Assembly: GCA_963717145.1 (NCBI GenBank)
Contig: OY970325.1
Span: 256,001-320,000 of the forward strand
From: an uncultured Armatimonadetes bacterium
GTDB lineage: Bacteria > Armatimonadota > UBA5829 > DTJY01
DNA: 64,000 nucleotides
Direction: 5' to 3'
Shown: piece by piece, positions 9,557 to 18,719 of the stretch
Position numbering within the stretch: the first letter of the stretch is position 1
Layout of the letters: the number at the start of each line of letters is the position of its first letter
The notes under the pieces: model-generated
Told to the model about the DNA's origin: nothing
What the model saw: the letters and a program-made list of their open reading frames with translations, nothing else
The model's database searches: none
Translations under genes and position numbers: made by a program

Positions 9557-10339
9557 ATGGATTTGGCTTGGCTTGGGGCACAGAAACTCGAGGTCTTCAT
9601 CCTCGTGTTGGCACGGACCGCCGGTATCTTCACGGTCACGCCGATCTTCGGCGCGAATCAGGTGCCGCCACAGGTGCGAATCGCCGCCGCGGTCGGGATG
9701 GCGATCATCTTTGTACCATTGTGTCCGTCCGAAGTTGTACTCGCGGTGGATGTACTGCCGATGGCCCTGCTCGTGGCGAAGGAGGCGTTCGTCGGGCTGG
9801 TGATCGGCTTTGTGGTGACGCTGGTGTTCACGGTCTTCCAGATCGCGGGCGACTTTATCGACGTGCAAGCAGGCTTCAGTTTCGCTACTATGGTCGACCC
9901 GGTGAACGGCGCGCACACATCGATCGCGGCAAGGTTCCATCAGATACTGATCGGCCTGCTCTTCTTCGCGACGAATGCACATCACGTGGTGATCACCGGG
10001 CTGGCCGACAGCTTCAAGCTCGTGCCGGTCGGATCGATGTCCATGAACCCGCTTGTGGCAAGCGGTATGCTGGATATCTTCGCAACCCTGTTCGGAGTTG
10101 CACTGAGGATCGCGTCGCCGGTCGTGGCAGCGGTATTCCTCGCGGATGTGGCGCTGGCGATCATGTGCCGAGCCGTTCCGCAGATGAATGTCATCATCGC
10201 CGGCATGCCGTTGAAACTGGGCGTCGGCATGGTGGGGATGCTCGTGGCGATCCCCGTGCTGGTGACCTCCAGCCAGGGGATGTTTTCGGATATGTACGCG
10301 CAGATGGGCGGCATGCTCCATCTGCTGGTTGCACCGTAG
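9557..10339 (+). CDS. fliR: Flagellar export protein FliR
   Basis: Hydrophobic; FQIAGDFIDVQAGFSFATMVDP; RAVPQMNV. Confidence 0.96.
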   Translation: MDLAWLGAQKLEVFILVLARTAGIFTVTPIFGANQVPPQVRIAAAVGMAIIFVPLCPSEVVLAVDVLPMALLVAKEAFVGLVIGFVVTLVFTVFQIAGDFIDVQAGFSFATMVDPVNGAHTSIAARFHQILIGLLFFATNAHHVVITGLADSFKLVPVGSMSMNPLVASGMLDIFATLFGVALRIASPVVAAVFLADVALAIMCRAVPQMNVIIAGMPLKLGVGMVGMLVAIPVLVTSSQGMFSDMYAQMGGMLHLLVAP

Positions 10340-10495
10340 GGGAGGCCTTCAACGGCCTCCCGATCACCGTAGGGGCGATCCTTCCACGGTCGCCCGCTGG
10401 AGGCCGTTGAAGGCCTCCCCTACGGTGTCACTCGTTTGGCGTAGGGGCGATCCTTCCACGGTCGCCCGCTGGAGGCCGTTGAAGGCCTCCCCTAC
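10336..10495. repeat. Mosaic REP cluster (families A and B)
   Basis: A = GTAGGGGAGGCCTTCAACGGCCTCCC (10336; reversed at 10399-10423 and 10471-10495); B = GTAGGGGCGATCCTTCCACGGTCGCCC (10369, 10441). Confidence 0.9.
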
Positions 10496-10524
10496 GGTCT
10501 GAGCGCAGGTTTGGTAGCAAGCTC

Positions 10525-11601
10525 ATGGCAATGCAGGACAAGACAGAAACAGCGACCCCACGAAGGCGCGAAGATGCGCGCAACGAGGGAAAGGTCTGCA
10601 AGAGCGCGGATATCAACTCCGCCGTGACGCTGTTGATGTCGCTCTTCGTGCTGAAGATCGCCGGCCCATTTCTCTATGAGGGGCTGGCCTCGATCTCGAC
10701 AAAGACGTTTTCGACGCTCCACCAGCAGGAGATCGGCCCGGATCAGGCTCAGGGCATGATGATGTCCTACATGATGGACGGATTGCGGCTCTGTCTTCCG
10801 ATCATGTTGGGCGTCGGAGCGGTCGCGCTCGCATCGAACGTCCTGCAGGTCGGGTTCAAGGTGACCCCCAAGGCAATCGCTTGGGATTCGAGCCGGATCA
10901 ATCCGGTGAAGGGGATCGCGAACCTGGTGTCCGTGCGGTCGTCCGTCGAACTGCTCAAGTCGATCGCGAAGGTCACGATCGTCGGCGTTGTCGTCTATCT
11001 GTTCCTCCGGCAGCAGATGCCCGGACTCATCGACCTGGCGGACATGTCCGTTCCGGCCGCGGCGTCGGCGATCGGCGGGCTCTGCTGGCAACTGCTCATC
11101 CGTTCGTGCGTCGTGCTGGGAGTCATCGCGGTTCTCGACTACATATTCCAGCGGTTTCAGTACGAGCAGTCGCTGAAGATGACGAAGCAGGAAGTGAAAG
11201 AGGAATACAGGCGCACTGAAGGCGACCCGGCGATCAAGGGAAAAGTGCGTCAGAGGCAGCGCGAACTCGCCAGAAGCCGCATGGTAGAGGCGGTTTCCAG
11301 GGCCGATCTGGTGCTGACGAACCCGACTCACTATGCTGTCGCCCTGAAGTACGACCAGGCGGAGATGGCGGCCCCGACGGTTCTCGCCAAGGGTCAGCGG
11401 CTGATGGCACAAAAGATCAAGGATATCGCGGCGGCAAACGGCATTCCGATCGTCGAGAACCCGCCCGTGACCCGGATGATCTATAAGATGGTCGAGGTCG
11501 GCGGGCAGATTCCCGAGGAGCTTTACCAGACGGTGGCCGAGATCCTGGCATATGTCTACAAGCTGAGCGAACGAGCCGGCCGAGCGTGGAAAGCGGCGTA
11601 G
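10525..11601 (+). CDS. flhB: Flagellar export switch protein FlhB
   Basis: KTETATPRRR N-terminus; NPTH autocleavage motif. Confidence 0.97.
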   Translation: MAMQDKTETATPRRREDARNEGKVCKSADINSAVTLLMSLFVLKIAGPFLYEGLASISTKTFSTLHQQEIGPDQAQGMMMSYMMDGLRLCLPIMLGVGAVALASNVLQVGFKVTPKAIAWDSSRINPVKGIANLVSVRSSVELLKSIAKVTIVGVVVYLFLRQQMPGLIDLADMSVPAAASAIGGLCWQLLIRSCVVLGVIAVLDYIFQRFQYEQSLKMTKQEVKEEYRRTEGDPAIKGKVRQRQRELARSRMVEAVSRADLVLTNPTHYAVALKYDQAEMAAPTVLAKGQRLMAQKIKDIAAANGIPIVENPPVTRMIYKMVEVGGQIPEELYQTVAEILAYVYKLSERAGRAWKAA

Positions 11602-11626
11602 GCCCGGAATTCGAAGAGGTGAAACA

Positions 11627-13729
11627 GTGGCAGTGACAATCGCAAACGGAAAGCCATCGATCAGGCTGGAAGGCATCCTGAAGCACAGTGACATACTGGT
11701 CGCCGTCGCGGCGCTGGTGATCATCGGCATGATGGTCATCCCGTTGCCGTGCTGGCTTCTCGACATCCTGCTCACGGCCAACATCATGGTGGCGCTCGTC
11801 ATGCTTTTGGTCACCGTATATACGGTCCAGCCGCTGGAATTCTCTTCGTTCCCGTCGATGCTTCTGGTCGCGACTCTCTTCCGGCTCGCACTCAACATCG
11901 CCGCGACACGGCAGATTCTGCTCGACGCTCATGCAGGAGCGGTCATCACCGCGTTCGGATCGGTTGTCGTAGGCGGCAACTACGTCGTCGGCCTTGTAGT
12001 ATTCATCCTCCTGGTCATAATCCAGTTTGTCGTCGTTACCAACGGTACGGGCCGAGTCGCCGAGGTCGCCGCGAGGTTCACCCTCGACGCCATGCCGGGG
12101 AAGCAGATGGCCATCGACGCCGACCTGAACGCCGGCATCATCACTGAGGAGGAGGCAAAAGATCGGCGGAAGGCGGTCTCCCGTGAGGCCGACTTCTACG
12201 GAGCGATGGACGGCGCGAGCAAGTTCGTCAGGGGCGACGCGATCGCCGCCGTCATCATGATCGTCGTCAACATCATCGGTGGATTCCTCGTGGGCGTCGC
12301 TCAGCGGCACATGGAGTTCAACAGCGCCCTGCAGACGTACACCCTGCTGACCGTCGGTGAAGGCCTGGTCACTCAGGTGCCCGCGCTCCTGATCTCCGTG
12401 GCAGCCGGTCTGATGGTCACTAAGGCCGCATCGGACAACAGCCTCGGCCGAAATATGGCTTTCCAGATCTTCACTCAACCGAAGGCAATTGGCATCACCG
12501 CGGGTATCTGCGGTCTGCTCGCCCTCGTGCCCGGCATCCCCAAGATCCCGTTCATCCTTGCCGCCCTCGGTGGCGGGTTGCTCGCGAACATGCTCAAGCA
12601 GCAGCCGGCCGATCAAGTGGAGGAGCAGACGGTCGAAGCGCCGAGGCCGCCCGAGACGATGACCGACCTGCTGCTGGTCGATCCGATCGAGGTCGAACTC
12701 GGCTACGGGCTGATCCCGCTCGCCGACCCCAAGCAGGGGGGCGACCTGCTCGAGCGAATCACGGCCGTCAGACGCCAGACCGCCACGGAACTCGGGCTGC
12801 TCGTTCCGGCGATCCGCGTCCGGGACAACATGCAGCTCAAGCCGAACTCCTACAGCGTGAAACTGCGCGGGATCGAGATCGCCGGCGGTGAGGTCTATCC
12901 TGGCCAGATACTCGCGATGGACCCCGGTACTGCGACATCGGAACTCAAGGGGATACAGACGACCGAGCCTGCATTCGGCCTCCCCGCGACATGGATATCG
13001 GAGGCGCAGAAGCCCGAGGCCGAGATGAACGGCTTTACAGTCGTGGACCCGCTCACAGTCTTGATCACACATTTGGCGGAGATGATCCGCAAGCACGCGG
13101 ACGAGATTCTCACTCGACAGGACACTCAGACGCTGATCGACAGCCTCAAGGCGCAGTCGCCTGCGGTTGTCGAGGAGTTGATCCCGAACCTGCTCTCGGT
13201 CGGCGAGGTCCAGAAGGTCCTGCAGAACCTGCTGTCCGAGCGCGTATCGATCCGCGACCTGGCGGTCATCTTCGAGGGGCTTTCAGACGCGGCCCGGCTG
13301 ACCCGCGACACGGACTTGCTCACGGATTACGCCCGCCAGTACCTGAGCAGGCAGATCACGAAGCAGTACCTCTGCCCGGACAGCATCGTGCGGGTCTTCA
13401 CCCTCGATCCGATGGTCGAGCAGGCCATCGCAGACGGGATCAGGCACACGGAATCGGGCGCGCAACTCGTGCTCGAGCCGGGGGTGGCACAGGAATTGCT
13501 GGAGGAGACTCGGGAGCAGGCCGAAATGATGGCCTCAATGGGCTACATGCCGGTCGCCATCTGCTCGCCAAGAGTACGCATACACTACCGCCGTCTGGCT
13601 GAGCGCATGGCGCCCGCGCTGGCGGTGCTCTCGTTCAACGAACTAGCATCGGGCGTGAAGCTCGAGACTTTGGGAATGGTGACACTGGCACATGAGGATA
13701 GTGCGAATCAAAGCCTGCAATATGCATGA
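11627..13729 (+). CDS. flhA: Flagellar export ATPase platform FlhA
   Basis: RVAEVAARFTLDAMPGKQMAIDADLNAG; FYGAMDGASKFVRGDA. Confidence 0.98.
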   Translation: MAVTIANGKPSIRLEGILKHSDILVAVAALVIIGMMVIPLPCWLLDILLTANIMVALVMLLVTVYTVQPLEFSSFPSMLLVATLFRLALNIAATRQILLDAHAGAVITAFGSVVVGGNYVVGLVVFILLVIIQFVVVTNGTGRVAEVAARFTLDAMPGKQMAIDADLNAGIITEEEAKDRRKAVSREADFYGAMDGASKFVRGDAIAAVIMIVVNIIGGFLVGVAQRHMEFNSALQTYTLLTVGEGLVTQVPALLISVAAGLMVTKAASDNSLGRNMAFQIFTQPKAIGITAGICGLLALVPGIPKIPFILAALGGGLLANMLKQQPADQVEEQTVEAPRPPETMTDLLLVDPIEVELGYGLIPLADPKQGGDLLERITAVRRQTATELGLLVPAIRVRDNMQLKPNSYSVKLRGIEIAGGEVYPGQILAMDPGTATSELKGIQTTEPAFGLPATWISEAQKPEAEMNGFTVVDPLTVLITHLAEMIRKHADEILTRQDTQTLIDSLKAQSPAVVEELIPNLLSVGEVQKVLQNLLSERVSIRDLAVIFEGLSDAARLTRDTDLLTDYARQYLSRQITKQYLCPDSIVRVFTLDPMVEQAIADGIRHTESGAQLVLEPGVAQELLEETREQAEMMASMGYMPVAICSPRVRIHYRRLAERMAPALAVLSFNELASGVKLETLGMVTLAHEDSANQSLQYA

Positions 13730-14798
13730 GGCCCTGGCGGAAGCCAGGCGTCAACTCGGTGAGAGTGCGACCGTCCTGCACACCAGGCAGTTGGAGACAT
13801 CCGGCTGCCTCGGTCTCGTTCGCCGGCGCAAGGTCGAACTCCTTGCCGCTGTCGATTCACCCCCGGATCGCGCAGCCGTAGGGGAGGCCTTCAACGGCCT
13901 CCCGTCCGCCGGGAGGCCGTTGAAGGCCTCCCCTACGGCTGCGCGATCCGGGGGTGGTGATTCCGATATGGAGCAGATGGTCAGGGAGGTCTCAGAGCTT
14001 CGGCGTGTCGTGGCAAACATGGATTCACGGTTTTCGAGCGCCAACCAGCCAGTGGAGACGTCGCCGATCGTCGAGCGGCTTACACGAAGCGGAGTCCCCC
14101 ATGCCGTCGCTGAAGTGATCGACTCCGAGGGCAAGGGCGATCCGGCGAAGATCACCGAACTGATTGGACGGCGCATCAAATGCTCCGGGCCACTGAGGGT
14201 GGAGAAGACCCAGTCGCGAGTCGCACTGATCGGCCCGACCGGGGTGGGGAAAACCACCACAGTCGCCAAGCTCGCAGCGGAGTATACGCTGGTCCGGAAG
14301 AAGAAGGTCGCACTGCTCACGCTCGACACATATCGCATCGGGGCGGTCGAACAACTCGCCACATACGCGCGGCTTCTCGGCATCCCGCTTGAGGTCGCTC
14401 TCAGCCCCGAGGATGTCGCGAATCTGATCGCATCCCACGCGGACAAGGATCTGATACTCATCGATACTATCGGTCGGAGCCAACGCAGCCGCGAGCAGGT
14501 CGCCGAACTGGCCCGATTCCTGCGCGCTGCGGACCCGACGGAAGTGCATCTCGCGGTCTCAGCATCGGCCAACCCCGTCGCTCAGACCGAAGCCGTAAGC
14601 AGTTTTGGAATCATGTCCCCGAGCAGAATCGTGCTCACCAAGCTGGACGAGTGTCCGCAACCGGGATGCATCCTGGGGCTCTCGTCATCGAGCCTTCTGC
14701 CGATCTCATACGTGACCTACGGCCAGGACGTGCCGGACGACATTGCGGTGGCCCAGTCCGAGTCGCTCGCGAAGCTCGTCTGGGAGGGCGCGCCATGA
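13692..14798 (+). CDS. flhF: SRP-type GTPase FlhF carrying an in-frame palindrome insertion
   Basis: GPTGVGKTTT, DTYRIGA, DTIGRS, TKLDE, GQDVPDDI. Confidence 0.95.
   Translation: MRIVRIKACNMHEALAEARRQLGESATVLHTRQLETSGCLGLVRRRKVELLAAVDSPPDRAAVGEAFNGLPSAGRPLKASPTAARSGGGDSDMEQMVREVSELRRVVANMDSRFSSANQPVETSPIVERLTRSGVPHAVAEVIDSEGKGDPAKITELIGRRIKCSGPLRVEKTQSRVALIGPTGVGKTTTVAKLAAEYTLVRKKKVALLTLDTYRIGAVEQLATYARLLGIPLEVALSPEDVANLIASHADKDLILIDTIGRSQRSREQVAELARFLRAADPTEVHLAVSASANPVAQTEAVSSFGIMSPSRIVLTKLDECPQPGCILGLSSSSLLPISYVTYGQDVPDDIAVAQSESLAKLVWEGAP
13858..13956. repeat. Intragenic 47-bp perfect inverted repeat (REP-A doublet plus 20-bp arms) in flhF
   Basis: 13858-13904 is the exact reverse complement of 13910-13956. 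Confidence 0.95.
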
Positions 14799-15640
14799 CG
14801 GACCAGGCGTCGAGACTTCGAGCGCTCGTCATGGACCACGAACCCGCGGCAAGTGCTCTACGTGAGCCGGATGGGAACACCTCGATCACCGCCGTCACGA
14901 GCGGCAAGGGTGGGGTAGGGAAGACGACGATCGCTGTGAACCTTGCGGTCCTGTTCGCCGAACTCGGGGAGCGGGTCCTTCTTGTGGATGCGGACCTCGG
15001 GCTCGCGAACGTCGATGTCATGCTCGGAATGGAGTTCGGCCGGCACATGGGCCATCTCCTGATGAACGATTTCATGCCGGAGGATGTGTCGGTCGTCGGT
15101 CCGCGAGGGATATGTGTGATCTCCGGGGGATCGGGTCTCCGCGAGTTGGCTGATGCATCGGCCGCCGACCGCCTGGCGCTTCTCGATAAGCTGGCGGGAT
15201 ACTATCGGACCTTCGATCGGGTGGTCATCGACACCAGCCCCGGGATTGGGGCGGAGGTGACCGATTTTCTGGCTGGCGTTGACGAGATACTCCTGGTGAC
15301 GACGGTGGACCCCACGTCTCTGCGCGATACCTACGCGGCGCTGAAGAATATGACGCCTCTACGCCATAATGATAGTAGCATAAGATTGGTTGTCAACATG
15401 GTGACTTCAGAGGCACAGGCGGCACAGGCCGTCACGGTGCTGAACGAGGTCACGAACAGGTTTCTCGACCGGCGGTTCGATCATTGGCATTCGGTCAAGT
15501 CGGATGGGTTGGTTGGCAGGTCGATTCGCGCAAGGAAGCCGCTCGTCTGCGAGTATCGTCGCTCGGCGTCCGCGTTATGTTTGAGGGAGATGGCAGTTAG
15601 TCTCCAGTTACAGCGCAAAGGTTCTGTCGGAGGTCGCTAA
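14795..15640 (+). CDS. flhG: MinD-like ATPase FlhG/FleN
   Basis: DQASRLR N-terminal motif; SGKGGVGKT; DADLGLANVD. Confidence 0.93.
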   Translation: MTDQASRLRALVMDHEPAASALREPDGNTSITAVTSGKGGVGKTTIAVNLAVLFAELGERVLLVDADLGLANVDVMLGMEFGRHMGHLLMNDFMPEDVSVVGPRGICVISGGSGLRELADASAADRLALLDKLAGYYRTFDRVVIDTSPGIGAEVTDFLAGVDEILLVTTVDPTSLRDTYAALKNMTPLRHNDSSIRLVVNMVTSEAQAAQAVTVLNEVTNRFLDRRFDHWHSVKSDGLVGRSIRARKPLVCEYRRSASALCLREMAVSLQLQRKGSVGGR

Positions 15641-16662
15641 TGCGATGGTTTGGGAAGGCCAAGGAGCAAACTGATATCTTTCGGCTGGTGCGGGTCAACG
15701 ATCGCATCCAGGTCGAACTCGATGGCAAGACTCATCTTAGCCGCATCGAAGACATTCAGGGAGACGAACTGCACGTCGCGGCCCCCGTCGAACGCGGCGG
15801 GTCGCCGACGGTCAGGTCCGGCCAGGACATCACCGTCAACCTGTTCGAGGGCATGGGCATCAAGCAGTTCTACGGCACGGTGATCCGCGTCGAAACCAGC
15901 CGAGTAGCGATTGTGGTCGTCGGCGATCTCAAGTTCGTCGGCACCATTCAGCGGCGTGAACATGTGCGCATCTCTCAGAAGGTGCCGGTGCGCTTCAGAC
16001 TCGAAGAAGGTCCGGACGGTCGAGCGCCGTGGTTCGAGGGCGCCACACAGGATATCAGTGGCGGCGGAATGCAGATCGTGGCCGATTCACGCGGGATCGA
16101 CGCCATCGTGAAGGGCGACCTTCTCGAGATCGAGTTGTACCTCCCGGATCAGAGTCCGGTCAAAGCGGTTGGGCAGATTGTGCGAGCATCCTCCTCGAAC
16201 CCGCTTACTGCCACGACCGTGCGGTTCGGGGTGCAGTTCGTGGACATCGGCGCCGGGGAGCGCAGCCGGATCGTGCGGTATGTGCTCCGGAGGCAGGCGG
16301 ATACATTGTCGTCCCGCCGCGAGTTCACTGCGTGCCGGGAGCGGGTGGCCATCCAGTACAGAGGTATCAGCGAGGGTGCGAGCTCCGGGCTTCATTCGAC
16401 GTTTACGAGGGAGATGAGCGCTACCGGGTTGAAGATGGCGCTCGAGAAGGGCGATCTAGCGGCGGTCGGCGAGAAGCTGAGTCTGTATGTGTCGCTGCCC
16501 GACATGCAGACCGTCGAGGCAGAGGCCGAGATTGTGTGGATGGAGGAGGGAATGGCCGGGGCCGGCGAAGTGATCGGCCTCAGGTTCACCACCATCGACC
16601 GACAGTCTCAGCAGATGATCTCACAGTTCCTGACGAAACAGACGCAAGCGAAAGCAGCCTGA
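15640..16662 (+). CDS. YcgR-like flagellar brake with two PilZ domains
   Basis: QRREHVR and DISGGG; second domain RREF...EMSATG. Confidence 0.85.
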   Translation: MRWFGKAKEQTDIFRLVRVNDRIQVELDGKTHLSRIEDIQGDELHVAAPVERGGSPTVRSGQDITVNLFEGMGIKQFYGTVIRVETSRVAIVVVGDLKFVGTIQRREHVRISQKVPVRFRLEEGPDGRAPWFEGATQDISGGGMQIVADSRGIDAIVKGDLLEIELYLPDQSPVKAVGQIVRASSSNPLTATTVRFGVQFVDIGAGERSRIVRYVLRRQADTLSSRREFTACRERVAIQYRGISEGASSGLHSTFTREMSATGLKMALEKGDLAAVGEKLSLYVSLPDMQTVEAEAEIVWMEEGMAGAGEVIGLRFTTIDRQSQQMISQFLTKQTQAKAA

Positions 16663-16665
16663 ACC

Positions 16666-16745
16666 GTAGGGGAGGCCTTCAACGGCCTCCCGACTGGGGG
16701 GAATCGTATCGACTAGAGCGGGAGGCCGTTGAAGGCCTCCCCTAC
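16666..16745. repeat. REP-A inverted doublet
   Basis: GTAGGGGAGGCCTTCAACGGCCTCCC...GGGAGGCCGTTGAAGGCCTCCCCTAC. Confidence 0.92.
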
Positions 16746-16759
16746 GGGTGTGGAACCGT

Positions 16760-16969
16760 ATGGAAGGTTTGTACCGTTTTCTTAGTCTCATAGTTTCGCT
16801 GGCGGGGTTCACCGTCGTAGCCGGGACGCTCCTCATGCGTGGCGAGAGTCTCTTCACGGTTGCGACCAGGGGAGTCCTCGCATTCGTGGCGCTGTGGGTC
16901 GTGCAGGGCGCGATCGGCGGCATATTCAAGCTGGCCGCCAGTTCCGAACGACGCCGTGATGGCGCGTAG
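16760..16969 (+). CDS. Small two-TM hypothetical protein
   Basis: Two hydrophobic helices; fills the gap before fliA. Confidence 0.65.
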   Translation: MEGLYRFLSLIVSLAGFTVVAGTLLMRGESLFTVATRGVLAFVALWVVQGAIGGIFKLAASSERRRDGA

Positions 16970-16980
16970 ATTGATCAGAC

Positions 16981-17751
16981 ATGCCGAATGTAGAGCATCT
17001 GTGGAAACGATATAAGGCGCGCAGGGATCCCAAGGCCAGGGAGGAGATCATTCTGGCCTACGTGTACCTGGCCAAGTATGTGGTGGACCGCATGCCCGTT
17101 CGACCGTCGGCTGCTATCTCCTACGATGACCTGGTCAGCCATGCCGTGGTGGGTCTGATCGACGCCGTGGAGAAGTATGATCCCTCGCGCGATGTCAAGT
17201 TCGAGACCTATGCCGTCACACGCATCCGTGGCTCTGTGCTCGATGCCAAGAAGGGCCTCGACTGGATGCCGAGGTCTCTCAGAGCGACTGAGCAGGAACT
17301 GAAGCGGACCTTCGTGGGTCTGGAGGCCAGGCACGGACGTCCTGCGACCGACCAAGAAGTTTCCGAAGCGCTCGGTATAGGGGTTGATGAGCTGCACGAG
17401 CGGCTATCCGACGTCGGGCAGTCGGCGCTCCTCTCGCTCGAGGACCTGATGATCTACGGCGAGGAGAATACGGGTCTCGCCGGCCTGTGCAGCCTTCCCG
17501 ATCCTGAGAGCGATCCGTTATTGTCCGCCGAGATGGGCGAACGAACGAGGCTGCTGGCATCGGCGATCTCGCAGCTCCCTGAGAAGGAGAAGCTGGTGAT
17601 CAGCCTGTACTACAACGACGGCCTCACACTGAAAGAGATTGCGGCGGTGCTCGGCGTAACCGAGTCGAGGGCCTGTCAGTTGCACTCCAAGGCCGCGGTG
17701 AGGCTCCACGGGAAGCTCGCAAGGCACGAGGACCTTCTCCTCGCCGCCTGA
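16981..17751 (+). CDS. fliA: Flagellar sigma-28 factor (FliA/WhiG)
   Basis: KFETYAVTRIRG...DWMPRS; region 4 LTLKEIAAVLGVTESRACQLH. Confidence 0.95.
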   Translation: MPNVEHLWKRYKARRDPKAREEIILAYVYLAKYVVDRMPVRPSAAISYDDLVSHAVVGLIDAVEKYDPSRDVKFETYAVTRIRGSVLDAKKGLDWMPRSLRATEQELKRTFVGLEARHGRPATDQEVSEALGIGVDELHERLSDVGQSALLSLEDLMIYGEENTGLAGLCSLPDPESDPLLSAEMGERTRLLASAISQLPEKEKLVISLYYNDGLTLKEIAAVLGVTESRACQLHSKAAVRLHGKLARHEDLLLAA

Positions 17752-17754
17752 GGG

Positions 17755-17850
17755 AATGGTTGATGGTTGATGGTTAATGGTCGATGGGGAATGGTTGATG
17801 AGGGATGGAAGCAGCTCCGGTCTGCCATTAACCATAAGCCATCAACCATT
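17755..17850. repeat. Inverted (ATGGTTG)n heptamer array
   Basis: ATGGTTGATGGTTGATGGTTAATGGTCGATGG...CCATTAACCATAAGCCATCAACCATT. Confidence 0.82.
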
Positions 17851-17863
17851 CCGGAGAGAGTCG

Positions 17864-18151
17864 ATGGATGTACGAGTGACATTGCCGGCGGATCCGGCCG
17901 GTAGATTCGAACGAGAGAATGCAGGAGCGGCCAAACACAAGCCGCACGTGTTCGCGCCGGATGGTATTGCTGCCGATGTGGCATCGGAGGCTGACAGCTA
18001 TGTCGGTCGCCCGAGAGCCAAGGACCCGAGGGAGGAGCGAAAGGGCAAGCCGAAGCATCCTCCTGAGGCTGGTCCGATCATTGCCGATGCTCCACCCGAT
18101 CTCGGTTCCGATGAGTCGGGCGAGCACCATGTCCTTGATGTGAGAGTGTAG
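17864..18151 (+). CDS. Hypothetical protein (95 aa)
   Basis: GGAG RBS; charged, ends HHVLDVRV. Confidence 0.55.
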   Translation: MDVRVTLPADPAGRFERENAGAAKHKPHVFAPDGIAADVASEADSYVGRPRAKDPREERKGKPKHPPEAGPIIADAPPDLGSDESGEHHVLDVRV

Positions 18152-18154
18152 AAG

Positions 18155-18247
18155 GGGAGGGCGAGGCTCCGTCCGAGCCGGATGCTTCGGTAGCGCCGCT
18201 CTGTTCTGCTGCCGAAGCATCCGGCTCGGACGGAGCCTCGCCCTCCC
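18155..18247. repeat. Nested palindrome: GGGAGGGCGAGGCTCC outer element around GATGCTTCGGTAGC (family F) inner element
   Basis: Near-perfect 93-bp hairpin. Confidence 0.85.
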
Positions 18248-18263
18248 ATCGAAAGGTTGAGAA

Positions 18264-18707
18264 ATGTCCAGCGGTTGGTTCGTCTTCACAGTAGTCGCGT
18301 CGATAGTCATCTGTGCCGGGAGCATCCTCGCTACGGCCATCATGCGCGCGGCCTGGGCTCACCATCGCAATGAGGCGCTGACCTCATCCGACCTGCGCGC
18401 CCTCGAGGAATCCGCATTGCTCCTGATCCAGCAGATCAAATCCGAGGCTGATCGGGGCATCGCGGAGTTGGACGAGCGTTCGTCTCAGTTGCGATCTCTG
18501 ATCGAGAAGGCCGATGCGAGGCTCAAGGCGCTGCATGAGTCAGCCCTCCCGGTCTTCGATCATCCGGCAACCCCAATCGGATCGGTGGATCGCGGTCAAG
18601 TGATGGAGCTGGCATCGAGCGGGATGGACTGCACGGACATCGCGCGCGCGACCGGTCTCGGATGCGGCGAGGTAAAGCTGATGCTGGGTCTGGCGAAGGC
18701 CCGATAG
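18264..18707 (+). CDS. Membrane-anchored coiled-coil protein with C-terminal HTH-like end (DUF2802/DUF6115-like)
   Basis: N-terminal TM, coiled coil, DIARATGLGCGEVKLML. Confidence 0.7.
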   Translation: MSSGWFVFTVVASIVICAGSILATAIMRAAWAHHRNEALTSSDLRALEESALLLIQQIKSEADRGIAELDERSSQLRSLIEKADARLKALHESALPVFDHPATPIGSVDRGQVMELASSGMDCTDIARATGLGCGEVKLMLGLAKAR

Positions 18708-18719
18708 GTCCCACGAGTC

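Noticed and set aside
9093-10495. CRISPR array
   Set aside because: Repeats are palindromic doublets in both orientations with only 2-3 units, no regular unique spacers and no cas genes
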